Shown here: positions 1 through 20,585 of the stretch, piece after piece
How the letters are laid out: every line of letters begins with the position of its first letter
How positions within the stretch are numbered: position 1 is the stretch's first letter
Source of the DNA: Podarcis bocagei
Taxonomy: Eukaryota
Length of the DNA: 64,000 nucleotides
Assembly (NCBI GenBank): GCA_964188305.1
Contig: OZ076886.1
Strand: one strand, 5' to 3'
Position numbers and translations under genes: made by a program
The notes under the pieces: generated by a model
Told to the model about the DNA's origin: nothing
Seen by the model: the letters and a program-made list of their open reading frames with translations, nothing else
Database searches by the model: none

Positions 1-7681
<7,681 letters not shown>

Positions 7682-8626
7682 AGACAAGTCCAATCTGCAT
7701 ATCCCCAGACACTACACTGTGGCTGCCACTTCATGCAGTTAAGCAAGTCCAGAACCAACTTGAACCAGAAGGCAGATGCTATCTGAGAGTACAGGGAATG
7801 GTCTAAAGTAACCCTTCATCCTAACTTGTCTGTCAACTGATTCCTCTACTTAATTTTTATTATTATTATTTTCAGTTTGGAAGAGGGATCTGCCTAGGTA
7901 GCCAGCCCTGCTGGGTCTTCTCTTTCCCCCCTCCTTTACACACTGTGATGTACATTTTCTTTTCCTAGAGTGTTCTGTGATCTGGGTAGAAGCAGATTGA
8001 AACGGCAACATGTCCCATTGCCTAACTCACTTTGGAGCCTCACCAGTAATGCCGCCTTAAAACTTACTCACACTTGTCCAAATGTCATAAGCTGCTGTTG
8101 GCCCAGCAGGGTCTAGGATACTGTCTCGGCTGTTTTTCAATTACTATTTCTTTTTGGGCTGCTCCGGTGTGGAGGAACCTACTGGGCTGACCACGGTGGT
8201 GGCAGTGGAAAGGGAAATGAGCAGGTCCTCTTAACTCATTGCATGGTCTTGCTTCCCTTTTATGCTGAACAGTATATGTATCTCTCTCTTCCAAAGATTA
8301 GGATGGCATAAAGACTGTCCTTGAGGGGGAAAGGACCCAATTACTCCTGAGGCAAAACCTTAACTGGTGTTGCCACCTTGCCCCCTGAACAAACAATACA
8401 ACTTGCTCTTTACGCATTTGCTTTGTGAATGGGTCTCCCAGGCATTTACAGAGCTGTTTGGGAAAGGGCCTGCCAGAATGAAACAAAAAGGACACTCAAT
8501 AACTAGGTTTTTTTTGTGGGGGTACTTGAGAGCCAAGGAGTGATGGGAGGACAAGAATGTATGTTGACAGAATTGGAATTAGTTTGGAGCGTCTATGATG
8601 CTAAAAGGTATGGAACTCATTGGCCA

Positions 8627-8632
8627 AATAAA
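8627..8632 (+). terminator. Probable P4HB poly(A) signal (AATAAA)
   Basis: AATAAA about 950 nt after the stop, followed by a GT/T-rich downstream element (ttgtgtatctggctgttttgtttg). Confidence 0.65.
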
Positions 8633-8681
8633 AGTTGATTTTAATACTATATTGTGTATCTGGCTGTTTTGTTTGAACTCT

Positions 8682-8974
8682 GGTTTAGAGGAGGGAGAAA
8701 GGTTGTTTTCTGCTGCTCCAGAGAAGCGGACACGGAGCAATTGATCCAAACTACAAGAAGATTCCACCTAAACATTAGGAAGAACTTCCTGACAGTAAGA
8801 GCTGTTCGACAGTGGAATTTGCTGCCAAGGAGTGTGGTGGAGTCTCCTTCTTTGGAGGTCTTTAAGCAGAGGCTTGACAGCCATATGTCAGGAGTGCTCT
8901 GATGGTGTTTCCTGCTTGGCAGAGGGTTGGACTCGATGGCCCTTGTGGTCTCTTCCAACTCTATGATTCTATGA
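8682..8974 (+). mobile_element. 5'-truncated CR1 LINE (end of ORF2 plus 3' tail)
   Basis: RRFHLNIRKNFLTVRAVRQWNLLPRSVVESPSLEVFKQRLD is the CR1 ORF2 C-terminus. Tail is ttccaactctatgattctatga. TSD GAACTCT at 8675-8681 and 8975-8981. Confidence 0.9.
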
Positions 8975-11769
8975 GAACTCTTTTCTCATCTAGGCCAGGA
9001 GGGATGAAAGTGGATTTAAGGTTTTTTCTGTTGCTGAAACTTGCTTGCATGATAAATATTCCCCCCTCCTGGGGGAAACGTCTGTCCAGCCTTTTGCATG
9101 TTCTTACTATAGAATTCAAATCTGTTTTGCACAAATGCACATTTGAACAAAGTAACTTAATTTGTGCAAAGTATTGCTTTAGGTTTTCAGTATCTGAAGA
9201 ACAGGATGTCCCATGGGAAGCGAACATGGTACTCTCCAGAGGTATGCTATCACTTTCATCTTTGGCTGTTTTGACTTCAGCTTATGAAAGTCCAATAGCA
9301 AGTATTTGGAGGGTGGGTTTATGCTATATGGTAGCAAAACCTTAAAGAAAAATGGCAGTAGTGGGAAATTACCTACTAAGTACGGAATATAGAATGATAC
9401 AAACCGTTCATAGATAATAAAAAAACTAATCTACATTTAAACATTGATACATCAAAAAATGCTTGAATTGTTTTATCTGCATTCAGCTGTGTGCAAAACT
9501 GTACTTGTAGGGTGGGTGGGGAACCCTAGATGCAACCTTCCAGGAAATGTACAGAGTCAAGTGAGGGGGACCTTACTCTCTCCACTTCCACTTAATTGCT
9601 ATAACTCAGGAGATGAGCTCGGACTGTATGTACTATTGAATAAGGTGGTAGAGCAGGCTGTGTCCCTGGAAAATTGGGAATTCTATCTGGTAATAAAATG
9701 TAAATTATGGCAGAAGGAGACAGTATAGTAATAGATCATATTTATTTTTGAAGAGGGGGGGGGAAGAAGAGGAAATATTTACATATAGTTCCAAGCAAAA
9801 ACTTTGTGGTTTGGTACCTGAGCTTAATGGGGCGTACCAGACATGGGAGCTAAAAATGGCTAGCATACAGCTGCAGAATCTTGAAGACCAGATTTGCCTT
9901 TTTGCACTTTTAAATGATGTGTGAATGTTTCAAAAACTGCAGTAAAAAATGGACTTATACCACATTTTCAAGCCCGCCCGCCCCCTCAAAAAAATCAGTT
10001 CTGAGTTACACTCAGTCTTATGGCTACCAGCATAAAGATAACTAGCTCTTTTGGAAGGAGATTATTGGTTTGATCAGAACATGAAAAGCCTAAAACTGGG
10101 CCATGAATTATCACACCCATCTTCTATAGTACCTGTATCCAGATAGATTTTACAGCTGAGCAAAGGCACAAAGGATGGATATAAGCGCCACATTCCTCAC
10201 AGTGCCTCCAGCAGAAGGATTTGGGTGTTCACAAGATTTGTGACATTTTCACTAGGGTATAGTTCCAGGGCTTTTCAGCTGAAACTGTTCTGGCACCTCT
10301 CAGGTAGGCACCATTGCCATTATAAGAGAACCAAGGGAGGCGTTCATAGTAAGTAGCACTGTGTTAGTTTCACTCATCTGTACATTTTAAGTGAATTTTA
10401 CTGGATGCTAGAGGAGGTAGGTGAATAGTTTAGAAGACCAGGAGAACTCCCATGAGTGTTGGCAAATTTCCTTTCCTAGATCTACTTCCAACATGGTTCT
10501 AAGAACAGATGTGGAACAGAATGTCACTCCCAACAGAATTAGATATAAGAAACCATGCCTCTGTAAGAAGTGACAGACCCTTCCAACATCCTCTTGAAGG
10601 CTGTTAAAGGCACAGTAGCTTGATCTTTCAGAGCCCTAACTGCTTGCTTGTACCTTTTGAGACTGAGGAATGTCTACATTATTGACCGAAAGGGTAAAAT
10701 TCAGGAGCAACCCAAATTTGTATCTTTTATAGGCTCCCGGCAGAGCCTGTAATACAAATAATACAAAATGGAAGTTTCTCTCCCCACTCTTAAACTAAAT
10801 TCATCTTGAGAGGCATTTCAAACTACCAAACTATCTTCCAAAGCTTTACAGGGAAGGAATTCTGTAAGTGGTAGAGTAGGTGCCTAATGTCTGCTGAAGT
10901 AGATAGGATGATTTAAAAAAAAAAAAAAGGCAAGTGCTTCCTCTTAAGGGAGAGGGTGACCTGCAAGTTATGTAAGGACCAAGTTATTTAAAGGGCTTTG
11001 TACGTCATGGTCAACTCTTTGAATGGTGTGCAGGATAGGAACCCTGGTGTAATAGTGCTCCTGGATGGTCAGTCCCCTGTAAGCTGAGCTGCATTCTGCG
11101 TCACCTGACCTCCGTAACCCACATAAATCAGGCAAGTTAGGCAACTTAGTATGACCGCATACGCTGCATAATTCTTTTATTCATCCTGGGCAGCATCAAG
11201 AAGCTCCTCAAGGCTTGAGTCTCTTCCCCTGGCTTCTAGAGACCTTACTCAGCAACCGCTCTGACTTCTGAGATTTCACCTTTCAAGCATATCTTTGTGG
11301 TTGCGTATGCTAGGAATTTACTCTTTATGTAAAGAGGGAGGGAACACATACCCCCATGTCCAGTGGATTTGTTGTATTCAGCCAACATGGCAAGGGCTCA
11401 TATAGTAGAGTTTTAAGGCGCTGGGACTCGGCCTGCAGAGGCAAAACTAATACATGCAACCCTCTAGTCTGCAGTACAATGGCAAGATTGTGAGGATGCT
11501 AATGCAGTTGCTAGGTCTGAATTTGGATAGCAAGTCCAAAGGCATTTCATGTTCTGAAAAGTGCCCCAAGCTACTTGGGCAGTTTGGTGGCTCCACTGCA
11601 ACAATGTGCTTAAAATCCCACAACTGAAGAGTGCTTTCTAAAGCAATATCGTACCCATTATCACTTGAGCTTTGAGTTAAGTGGAACTACTGCACCTGTT
11701 GGTCCTTTTGTGTTATAAGTGTCATCCATGGTCGGCCACCTCCACAACAGAACTGGGTATCCATGCTTA

Positions 11770-12460
11770 CCTGTCCAGTGCTGTTGCTTAATGCCAGGCA
11801 AAACAACTCACCTATGATCTGATCATGGGTGAGGTGACTGATCTTGTGCGCATAACTGAAATATGGGTAGGTGGATTGGAGGGCCCTGACCTTAGCTTGT
11901 GTTGCCTATCTGGGTATTTGGTGCAGTATCAGGCAAGATTGGAGCAACAGGGAAGGGGTGTAGTGTTTGCTGCATTAAATTTCATCATTCGTGCCAGAAG
12001 GGCCAGCCCATCTGGGAGCTGGATGTGAGGGTTTGTACCTCTGTTGGGTGGCAGATACAGGACAGGGATGTGGTTGGTGTCCTGTCCACCCACCTGCCTG
12101 ACTTGGTGGAGAATTTCAGAACGTTAGTGCTGAGGGACTTCCAGATCCATGCAGGGCCTGTTGTGCCTAGGCCTGCTTGGAATTTCATGGGTACCATAGG
12201 GCTGTCTCAATAAATTGTGCACCCAACACATACTGGTGGTCATGCCCTAAATATCACCTTTGCTACTGAGTGATTGGGGAAGGATCTGGTGGTGATTATC
12301 ACCCCACTGACCCAAGAGAGAGATCAAATCTGATGTATTTCTGAATGATCTGGGGGATTTTTCAGGCAGCATGGCTGTTGCTTCTGTTGAGGCCCTAGTT
12401 TCATTTTAAAATGGCAAGATAGGGAAATTGATATGATCACTCCTAGACCAATTTCAGAAT
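11770..12460 (+). mobile_element. Degenerate L2/CR1-group LINE endonuclease (APE) fragment
   Basis: Frameshifted motifs LLNAR, DLVRITEIW (cf. DLxCITETW), GRGVV, LVLRDFQIH (cf. LGDFNIH) and PTHTGGHAL. Confidence 0.65.
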
Positions 12461-14640
12461 TGTTTTCAGGCTGCTTTACTACAGAAACAGGTTTGGTCAC
12501 ACTGACTGATCACTTTTATTGGGAGAGAAACCCTGCAACCCTGTGAATTCTTCTTGATCTCTGAGACATTTAGTATCATCATTGAACATTGTGCTCTGGA
12601 ACGACTCAGAGGGTTGGGGTCTTGGAAGCACCTTATTTCTGTAGTTCTTCTCTCACCTGCTAGGTCATTACCAGAAAGCAGTACTTGGATACTGTTGCCC
12701 AATCCTGTGTGTGCAGAAGAACCTTGCCCAGCCTGCCAAAGGACAGAGCCATTGGGCAAGTTGAGGATTCTCAGTGTAGAAAACATTCTAAAGGTCAGGA
12801 AGCTTTTAATTCCCTCTCGTTCCAAGAAATGGTGTTCAAAGACGCATATACTGAACAGCTATTACCTGTCATATGCACAGAATCCTGACAGGTGTTGTGC
12901 TTGCTGGCTGCTTCTGCTGAAAAATATTTCTGTAAGCAAATATGTAATTCTGTCACATGATGGGGAGCGACAGCAGCCCTAGCAAAGGAAAACAAGTTGC
13001 TGCATGCTGATTGAAGGGAAGGCAGGAGACCTTGTTTGCGGGGCTGTTTTCTCGCTCTGCTCAGCTGGGATGCCAGGCAAGCTAGGACCTCCAAAAATAG
13101 GGTCTGCTTTGTAGATTGTTTCAAATGGCTTTCTACAGCAAAATTAAATATATATATGCAAATATGCACAAATGTGTTTGGCAGTATTCAAATGACAGTG
13201 TAAAATGTACACTGATCCAAGGCTAGGTAAGAGCCGAGGGTTGGGCCCATAGGCAGGGGGAGCTGTGTGACAGCATTGGTCCCCTGCCCAATATGTCACT
13301 TTAGTTTCTGACACTAGCAGGATGTCTCTCATTTCAAGCTGCAGAAGGCAAACTTTCAAATCATTGCTATGAGGAATACCTGCATCTCAAGTTCTATATA
13401 TGAAAAGGGCTCCATGTCTGCCTAGTTTATGAAATAAGGCCTCCATGCCAGCTATGGGTCTTTGGGTTGTTGGTTTTAGCTGCCTTCATTCTGAGATGAA
13501 AAGCCAGTTTCTAGCCCAGTAATTTGCTCATCCTGATCTCATTGTGTAGTGTTCTCATGCTTTGTAATACCAAAGGCAAATGGGACATGCTTTTATTCAT
13601 TGTCACAGTGTCTGTAAACAGGGGGTTCCTTACAAAACCCAGAATAACAAAAGCAGAGCTGTGGGATGTCTCATTACTGCTCCTTGCAGTTGCATTGTTT
13701 ACCATCCAGTGCCTGCTGAGGTACCCAAGGAAAGTAGTTTATTCTAGTTTATTTTTACAGAGTCAGACACTTGGCATATTTTTTCAGGAAGAGAGGGAAG
13801 ATAAACCTCTTCTCATCTGGCTGCTCTGATGTGGATGCTTTTTGGTTGGTGGCCAGTTCTAAAGGGGCAGGAGCACAGATATCATTGGGAATGGCCATTC
13901 TGTCCTGAGCTGGCTGATTGAAGAAAGAAAAGTTTCCAAGGTTGGGAGATGCCTTTCTAGGGTACGTAGGGTTATATCCAGTGCCAGTCATAATGGAGGA
14001 GACACACTGAAGTTAATCAGAGTGGCTAACAAGGTGTCTACCTGATGGGATACGACCCTTTGCTGTTACGTTTGGGATCTGAGCCCAGTTTCATATTGTG
14101 AGATGGCAGCACTTGAAGTGGGAAATTGGTGGAAATGCATTGATGTTTTTGAAAAGAGGAAATGCATACATTCATAGTTTCCACCATTTCCACCACATAA
14201 TATTCTTGCTTATTCAAAACTCGAGATGCAACAAATGCAGCAAGTTAGAGTTATACAACTTAAGGAAATGCATAGTTTCCTTTAAAAGATGTAAATTTTG
14301 AAGTTTTGCTATCTGCACAATTTGAACGGAACTTCAGTGTAGAACTGAAGTTCCATGCATTTCTCTCCTGTGTATATTCTGGAAAACCCACAAAGGTTGC
14401 CAAGAGGTTCCAGAAAGCAGGGCTAACAGTGGGCTTTGCAAACAGTGGTTTGCAGAATCTGGGGCTGCTGGGTTCTGGGAGCTACACATACCGATTGTGG
14501 AGCAAGCTTGACCCATTAACTATTGCACATTGACAGGTGGGATGTAAATTGAAACCCTGACTTATATTCAAAAGGGGGAGGCCGGGGGGCAGGGCAGCTC
14601 AGTTACCAAATCTCATGGCAAATAGCATGAGCGGAATATC

Positions 14641-14670
14641 CTCAAAATAGCCATGGGGCAGATATATAAC
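14641..14670 (+). promoter_or_regulatory. Putative PPP1R27 core promoter: MEF2-like site and TATA box
   Basis: CTCAAAATAG at 14641-14650 (one mismatch to CTAAAAATAG) and TATATAA at 14663-14669, about 270 nt upstream of the ATG of a muscle-expressed gene. Confidence 0.5.
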
Positions 14671-14937
14671 AGGAGACACCGCTGGAAATAGTCAGTCCTC
14701 AACAGGAGATCACCCACACATGCTCAGTGTTTTCTAAGGAAGTCCCGTCAGGAGCAGAAATCATAGCTAACATCCCACCAGTCTTTCAGGTGCAAGCGTT
14801 ACAGAGAAGAGAATCCTTTGGGTCTCAAGGCACTTCAAAGTCGTCTGGGTTGCCGTGTGCTTTTTATTATTATTCATCAACACCATTTTTCAGTCCTGTC
14901 TCGCTGGTCTCTTGCTCTTCCTTCTACCTCTGCCACA

Positions 14938-16785
14938 ATGAAGTATTACTACCCAGACTCACTTCCCAGGTACAGGCGATATACACGAGGCCTGAAAACT
15001 GTGCGTTTCCCCAATGACGTTCTCTTCCTGGACCATATTAGGCAGAGCGACCTGGAGCAGGTGGGCCGTTTCATCCGTGCCAGGAAGGTCACCTTGGACA
15101 CTATCTACCCCTCAGGTAAGTAGGACGTGGGTGAACCTAACTGAAGGGTGGTTGAATAAGCCTAAGCACTAGCAGATGCCTAATCCCAAAGTCAGGCTGT
15201 GTGTTACAAACTAGGTCATGTTTTTCCCCCTAACACTTACATCAATATAGGGAGCTATGTCACCTGAAATCCTTTAGCTAGACACTTGGGTATTGAACAG
15301 ATTCTAAAGTGATAGATGCTAAGAAAACTATGCCAATGTACAGCGCACTCTCTGAGAAAATATAAATCCCTTTACTAATCTGCTAATGCAGCTTGTTCCT
15401 GTGTGAATAAAATATGGCTGCTGAGTTGAGAGCAGAACAATATATCCAGTGGCAGGATGAACAGAGCAGCTTCATGCCCAGCCATAAAGCTGAATCAGTG
15501 TTTCTTTGAGCCGTTTCCCCCAGCTATGATCTCAGCATGAAAGGCTGCACTTAAAAAAGAAATCCAGTAGTCACAGAAATTTCAACAGTTACAGCTACTA
15601 TGGCCCAGTCGATTGTTAGAGTGTGTTTGCTTCTTACCGACTTCCATCACACTTAGACTTTCATAACGTTGACTCAGTACTACAGAAGGCCATAGAAGCC
15701 TTGATCGAGGTGCTTTTCTTACAAACTGCTTACTTAATTCCCCAAATAAGTTTCTGGAACTCACTCAGCCTTGGTTAAAATAATATTCTTTTTCTCTATG
15801 CAAAGAACCTGGTGGGCCAAAAATTGTCCCCTCTGTGTGCCATTTCCCCAACATTTATAAGATAATGCATTCTAAAAAGTGTTAAGGCCCTGGTCTAGTT
15901 TTCTGAGAAAAAAAAGATGCATTTTGCTTCCAGACAACTCCTCCCCACTATCTCAAGCATATTAGCACAACTCCCTTTTTGTGGGATGTTTTCCTAAGAT
16001 TTGCTGGTTGTGGCTGATGCATTACCTTCTCCCATTAGGTATGGCTGCCCTCCATGAAGCTGTGCTTTCTGGGAACCTTGATTGCGTCAAGCTGTTGGTA
16101 AAATATGGTGCTGACATCAATCAGAAAGATGAGGACGGCTGGACACCCCTACACATGGCTTGCAGTGATGGTCACGCTGATATTGCAAGGTCAGAGATGC
16201 AAATTATGTTAACCTTTAATCTCTAGTCTAGCCATGCCCATCCTCTCTTGACAGGCCACAAACTTGGTCAAGGAAAATGAGGAGGGAAGTAGGGCTTGCT
16301 CGACAGTGAGTTCTAGGCTTAGACTTGAGATGATGACATGTCTGTTGGCTAGATGACCATCCAATCTTCAGACACTAGCAGTGATGTTTTGTGTTGGCGT
16401 GTTAAGTGACCTATGATATCTCCCAAATATAAAGGATATCTCAAGTAAGAAGGTCAGAATGGAAACCAGCTATAAGAGAAGACTGGTCTCTTTATGGAAA
16501 GAGGAAAGCTTTACATTGAAACTAACAGCCAGTTCACAAGTCCTCTGTATCATCTTGTATATGAAAGCATAGGGAAAACTGCATGTTTGAACTAAACTGT
16601 GCATGTGGGTATGTGTGTCAATTCTGTCCTCGTCTCATCACCTCATTCTTTAATTCTGCAGGTACCTCATCTCTCTTGGTGCCCAGCGTGATGCTACCAA
16701 TGATGAAGGGGAGAAGCCATCCGACCTAATTGACCCAGAGTACAAGGAGCTCGTGGAGCTTTTCAAAGCAGCCCGAGTAGACTAA
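14938..16785 (+). CDS. PPP1R27: Protein phosphatase 1 regulatory subunit 27 (ankyrin-repeat, 150 aa). Exons 14938-15115, 16039-16189, 16662-16785
   Basis: MKYYYPDSLPRYRRYTRGLKTVRFPNDVLFLDHIRQSDLEQVGRFIRARKVTLDTIYPSG|MAALHEAVLSGNLDCVKLLVKYGADINQKDEDGWTPLHMACSDGHADIAR|YLISLGAQRDATNDEGEKPSDLIDPEYKELVELFKAARVD*. Contains the RVxF PP1-docking motif (KTVRF) and ankyrin repeats. The 453 nt are in frame, and the gene is syntenic between P4HB and MCRIP1. AATAAA at 17426-17431. Confidence 0.96.
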
Positions 16786-17841
16786 GCTAGTGCCACTCAG
16801 CTCTTTCCCATGTGGAGTTCAGCCTCCATGGTAGGCAGCAGCATTTGTTGCATGCTGCAGGGAGGCTAGCAAAGTTGCCCCTACTATGTTGGCAAGAGTG
16901 TACGGCCTCCTAAAAGAGACCACAGTTTGGTTATAATGTGTATGTATGAGAGTGGCTACCTTGGGGTTTATCAGAGAGCTATGCTTGGGATAGCCCTTCC
17001 AGAAAATGTAAACTTCTCTACCATGTGGCCCATTTTCTGGTACCTGCTACGGTCAGGCTTTAGTTAAAATGAGTCTAATGGCTGGGACACACTGGCCCAA
17101 ACGGCACTGTTGTGCAGGAGGTTCACACAGGAGATTATGAAATGAACTGGACTGGGTACCAATTTGTGTGAACATACACCTTCCAATTATTATCTGGCAA
17201 TGACTGATTTGAACAGTGCTTTCTCAAAGACATTCAACCTATTCAGGCCTGAAGACTCCTCACACAATTATCACAAAAAGAAAATAGCCCCAACTTCAAG
17301 CTGGTATCTTTCTGCTGTATATATTATCCTAAAAATGTCATGTATAAAGTCTCACATGTTTGCTCCTAGATTTGCTTTTCTACTGTTATTTTTTATGTGG
17401 TTCTGAAACAGCTTTTTATTTTTTCAATAAAGTAATTTCTACAACCTTGGGTTATTTTTATTCCCCTTACTTTTGGGAAGGGTAGCCACACTTCCTGCCC
17501 AGCCACTTTGTTTCCCAGGTTGCCCTTAGACTGTTCCCTAGCTGCACATGAGATTTTGGATATGAAATGAGGAAATGAATTCTAAAGAAAAGTAGAACAG
17601 CTTAAAAAGCAGAACAAAATATAGTGACTAATGCCTCAAAGTTCTCATTCATACACATCTAGCTGCTTAACTTTGACGGAGGACTTGTATTAACCTTGAA
17701 GTTGTCCATTAGACATGGTCCCTGCTGCACTGTTATTTCATTCTGTTAAGTAAGGGTCAATGTCCTCCTAGTGGTGCAGTAATAAAATTGTTAGCACATT
17801 TGCAAAGCTAAGCAGGGTCTGGTATGGCTTCAGATTAGATG

Positions 17842-18038
17842 TTGAGATTCTTGCACTGCAGGGAGTTGGACTTAATGACCCTTGGGGTCCCTTCCAATTC
17901 TACAGTTCTGTATTATTAAATTATGCAACTTGAGGGTGGTTGTTTTTTGCAGCACTTATAATATGTGCAACATACTATAGCTCAGGTGATTGGACTAGAT
18001 GACCCTCGTGGTCCCTTCCAACTCTACAATTCTATGAA
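17842..18038 (+). mobile_element. Two short CR1-type 3' tail fragments
   Basis: ggagttggacttaatgacccttggggtcccttccaattctac and ttggactagatgaccctcgtggtcccttccaactctacaattctatga. Confidence 0.7.
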
Positions 18039-19549
18039 TCTTTGCATGCTCTTTTCTCTGGAAGACAGAAGAATGAAATGCAATGCAAGATGGTGGATAT
18101 TAGCCCTCAGCTGTGCAATGTTTCTGATAATTGCACAGTCTATGGTACACCACACAGTTTGAAGAAATTAAATAATAGGGCTTCTTTTGTTTGTGGCTGC
18201 TTCTTTCTGAATAGGTTTCAGGTACAGAGGTGTTGTTCCTGCAAACTATCACTTGGAAGGGGAATAAGAGGCCTCTAATAAAGTTCTTACTATTTTTGTC
18301 CCAAATGACTTGAGTTGGCTTTAGTAATGACTTGGCAAATGTATGAACAAGACGGGAAGAAAATTAGATGTGGCATTTCTTGGAGAAGAGTCAATGCTTG
18401 GAGGTTTGTCCACTCAGAGACACCTGATAAGTGCTAAATACTACTTCCCAGTCGGATAGTTTGTCTCTTGGTGAAAATCAGTAGTGAATCACTTGCACCA
18501 TCTGGGTCAGCATGCTTTGACAGAAGTAGGGCAGCTCTGCACAACTCACAGTTGTTTCAGGCTTCCTACATATTTGGTTAGGTGTCACTGTGGTTGCCAT
18601 CTAAGCATACATCACCATGCAGAGCTATTGTCAGGGCTCACTCTATAATACACTGCACATGCATTAAGTTTGGGGACACTGCTCAACATCCTGAGATCCT
18701 CAGCTTTACTTTTTAATAACTTTTAGCCCTGGCAATAGATGATAGGCACAGACAATGCCCAATAAGATGATAAGCAAGGTGTTGTACAGGATTGGTCAGA
18801 AGTCAGGGCTTCAGTGTCCAGCAAGGATCTTTGATCTGCCCTTGTCTAGTAAGCAAAAACAAGTAGTTTTCTCTTATTTTTACCTACATTTGTTTGGTTA
18901 AATTTAGGAGACTTTTGTTGAAACCTTAGTTCCTAATGAGTTGGAGTTGTACTAAACCAGGAAGTCTCCACTCCCATGATTCCCCTTCCAAATGCAGCAC
19001 TTTAAAATGCTTCTACAGAACATTGTGTAATGGCAAAAACCCATTCAAATGGGTAAGTTAAAAATGAATTTTAAAAGATACAAGTGTGTGAGAGAGGAAG
19101 GGATTGCTTTTGCATTGCTATTTGAAAGTGTCAATGTATATATAGTGTGCCCTATCCTGAAGGTTTGGGCAAGGTCTAAAATTAATCCTACACCAGAAAA
19201 ACAATAACATTTCCTAATTAATGGGAAATTTCGCCATCCTTTCTGTCAGCCATGCATCCTAAATGCCATCCCAAACAGAGCTAGATCTCGGAAAACTGGA
19301 GAAGGCTCTTTTCAGATTGCAATTCGAATACAAACACGGAAAATATTAATGTAAACGTGTGAAATCATGTCAATGATTCCCACCCACCCACTAATCACAG
19401 AACTGTCCACACTTAGTTGGCGTAGATTTAGAGCGTAATGATTATGAAAACAGGATGTGGAGAGAAGCCTCAAATGTCCACAAAACGGGGCACACGGTAA
19501 ACTGGGGTGGGGGTGGGGGGTAGCGCTCAGTTAGATCCTGACCCAAGCC

Positions 19550-20300
19550 TGGGAAGCGGCGCCTCTGCTTTGGGCAATGCCGACTTCCCGAAGCTCACAA
19601 AGGAGGGAAAGGCGATCTCTTTTAAGAAGCCTCCGTCCCGCTCCGGCTTCTACCCCATTTTTCCGTTTCTGGAGACCCGCCCCGCTCTCTCCCGCGTCTC
19701 CCAGAGCTTCTCTTCCCCACCCCTCACTCCCGTTTCCATGGATACCCCTCCCTGCCCAGCCGCTGCGTTTCCATGGAAACCTCCTCCCTCGGGTACTAGG
19801 TGCAGGGGCTACCCGGGCCCATTCGCCCGCAGTGCGCACGCGCAGCCCGGCCTAGGCGCTCTCTTCCGCCCCGGGCCTGGCAGCAGCGAGAGAAGCCGGG
19901 ACTTAACCCGGGCCCAGGTGAAGAGGGTTGCGGGGTGGGGAATTGAGGGTGGGGCCGCGGCGAGTGGGGCGCCCTTTCTTCCCCGGCCCCCCGTGGAAGT
20001 GCTCCCTTTCTGTTCCTCTGGGCCTAGTAGCGCAGTCCCCAAACTCCACGCCTGCCTTGTTGTCGTTCGGGGCCGGGAGAAGTGTGGCTGCTTGGGCCTC
20101 CCTCTCCCCGCACCTCCCTCAGGAAGCTTGACATCCCATCTCCGTGCCTGAGGGTAGCGTGGGGTTGCGGATTGGAGGGGGGGTTGTTGAGGGAAGTATT
20201 GGGGTTCCCCAAGGCGCAGGTGCCTCTAGGAACTGGACTCGGAGCAGGGAGGAGGGCGGTGGGGTCCCGAAGTGGTGGTCGGGGGGCTCCAGGGCTTTTT
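19550..20300 (+). promoter_or_regulatory. CpG island promoter and probable non-coding exon 1 of MCRIP1 (donor after 19917)
   Basis: GC- and CpG-rich stretch with two X-box palindromes (19732-19745, 19767-19780), an NRF1-like TGCGCACGCGCA (19833-19844), an ETS-like CTTCCG and a CAG|GTGAAG donor. Confidence 0.75.
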
Positions 20301-20585
20301 GACACATTCGGGGATTTTTAGCGATGGGGTGGGACTTATCGGTAGTGTGGTAGGAGGGTGGTTGGGATCCTGCTTTCTATGCCTGTAAGATGCTGCAATC
20401 TCCTTAAATGTAATAGCAGAGGTGGGCATAGATGCTTCCACCCAAAGTCGGTTACCAGAGCAATTTGTCCCCACCCGTGGGATTTATTGAGGGTCCGTCC
20501 CCATTGAGCTCAGTGTCTTGTCTTTGTTTTAGCACCGCCAAGCCACACATCCAGGACTTGGGCCAGGGCTGGGAAAGAGGCAGCC

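Noticed and set aside
19507-20151. 214-aa ORF
   Set aside because: It lies in the MCRIP1 CpG island, is low-complexity Pro/Gly/Ser, has a non-ATG start and shows no homology I recognise.
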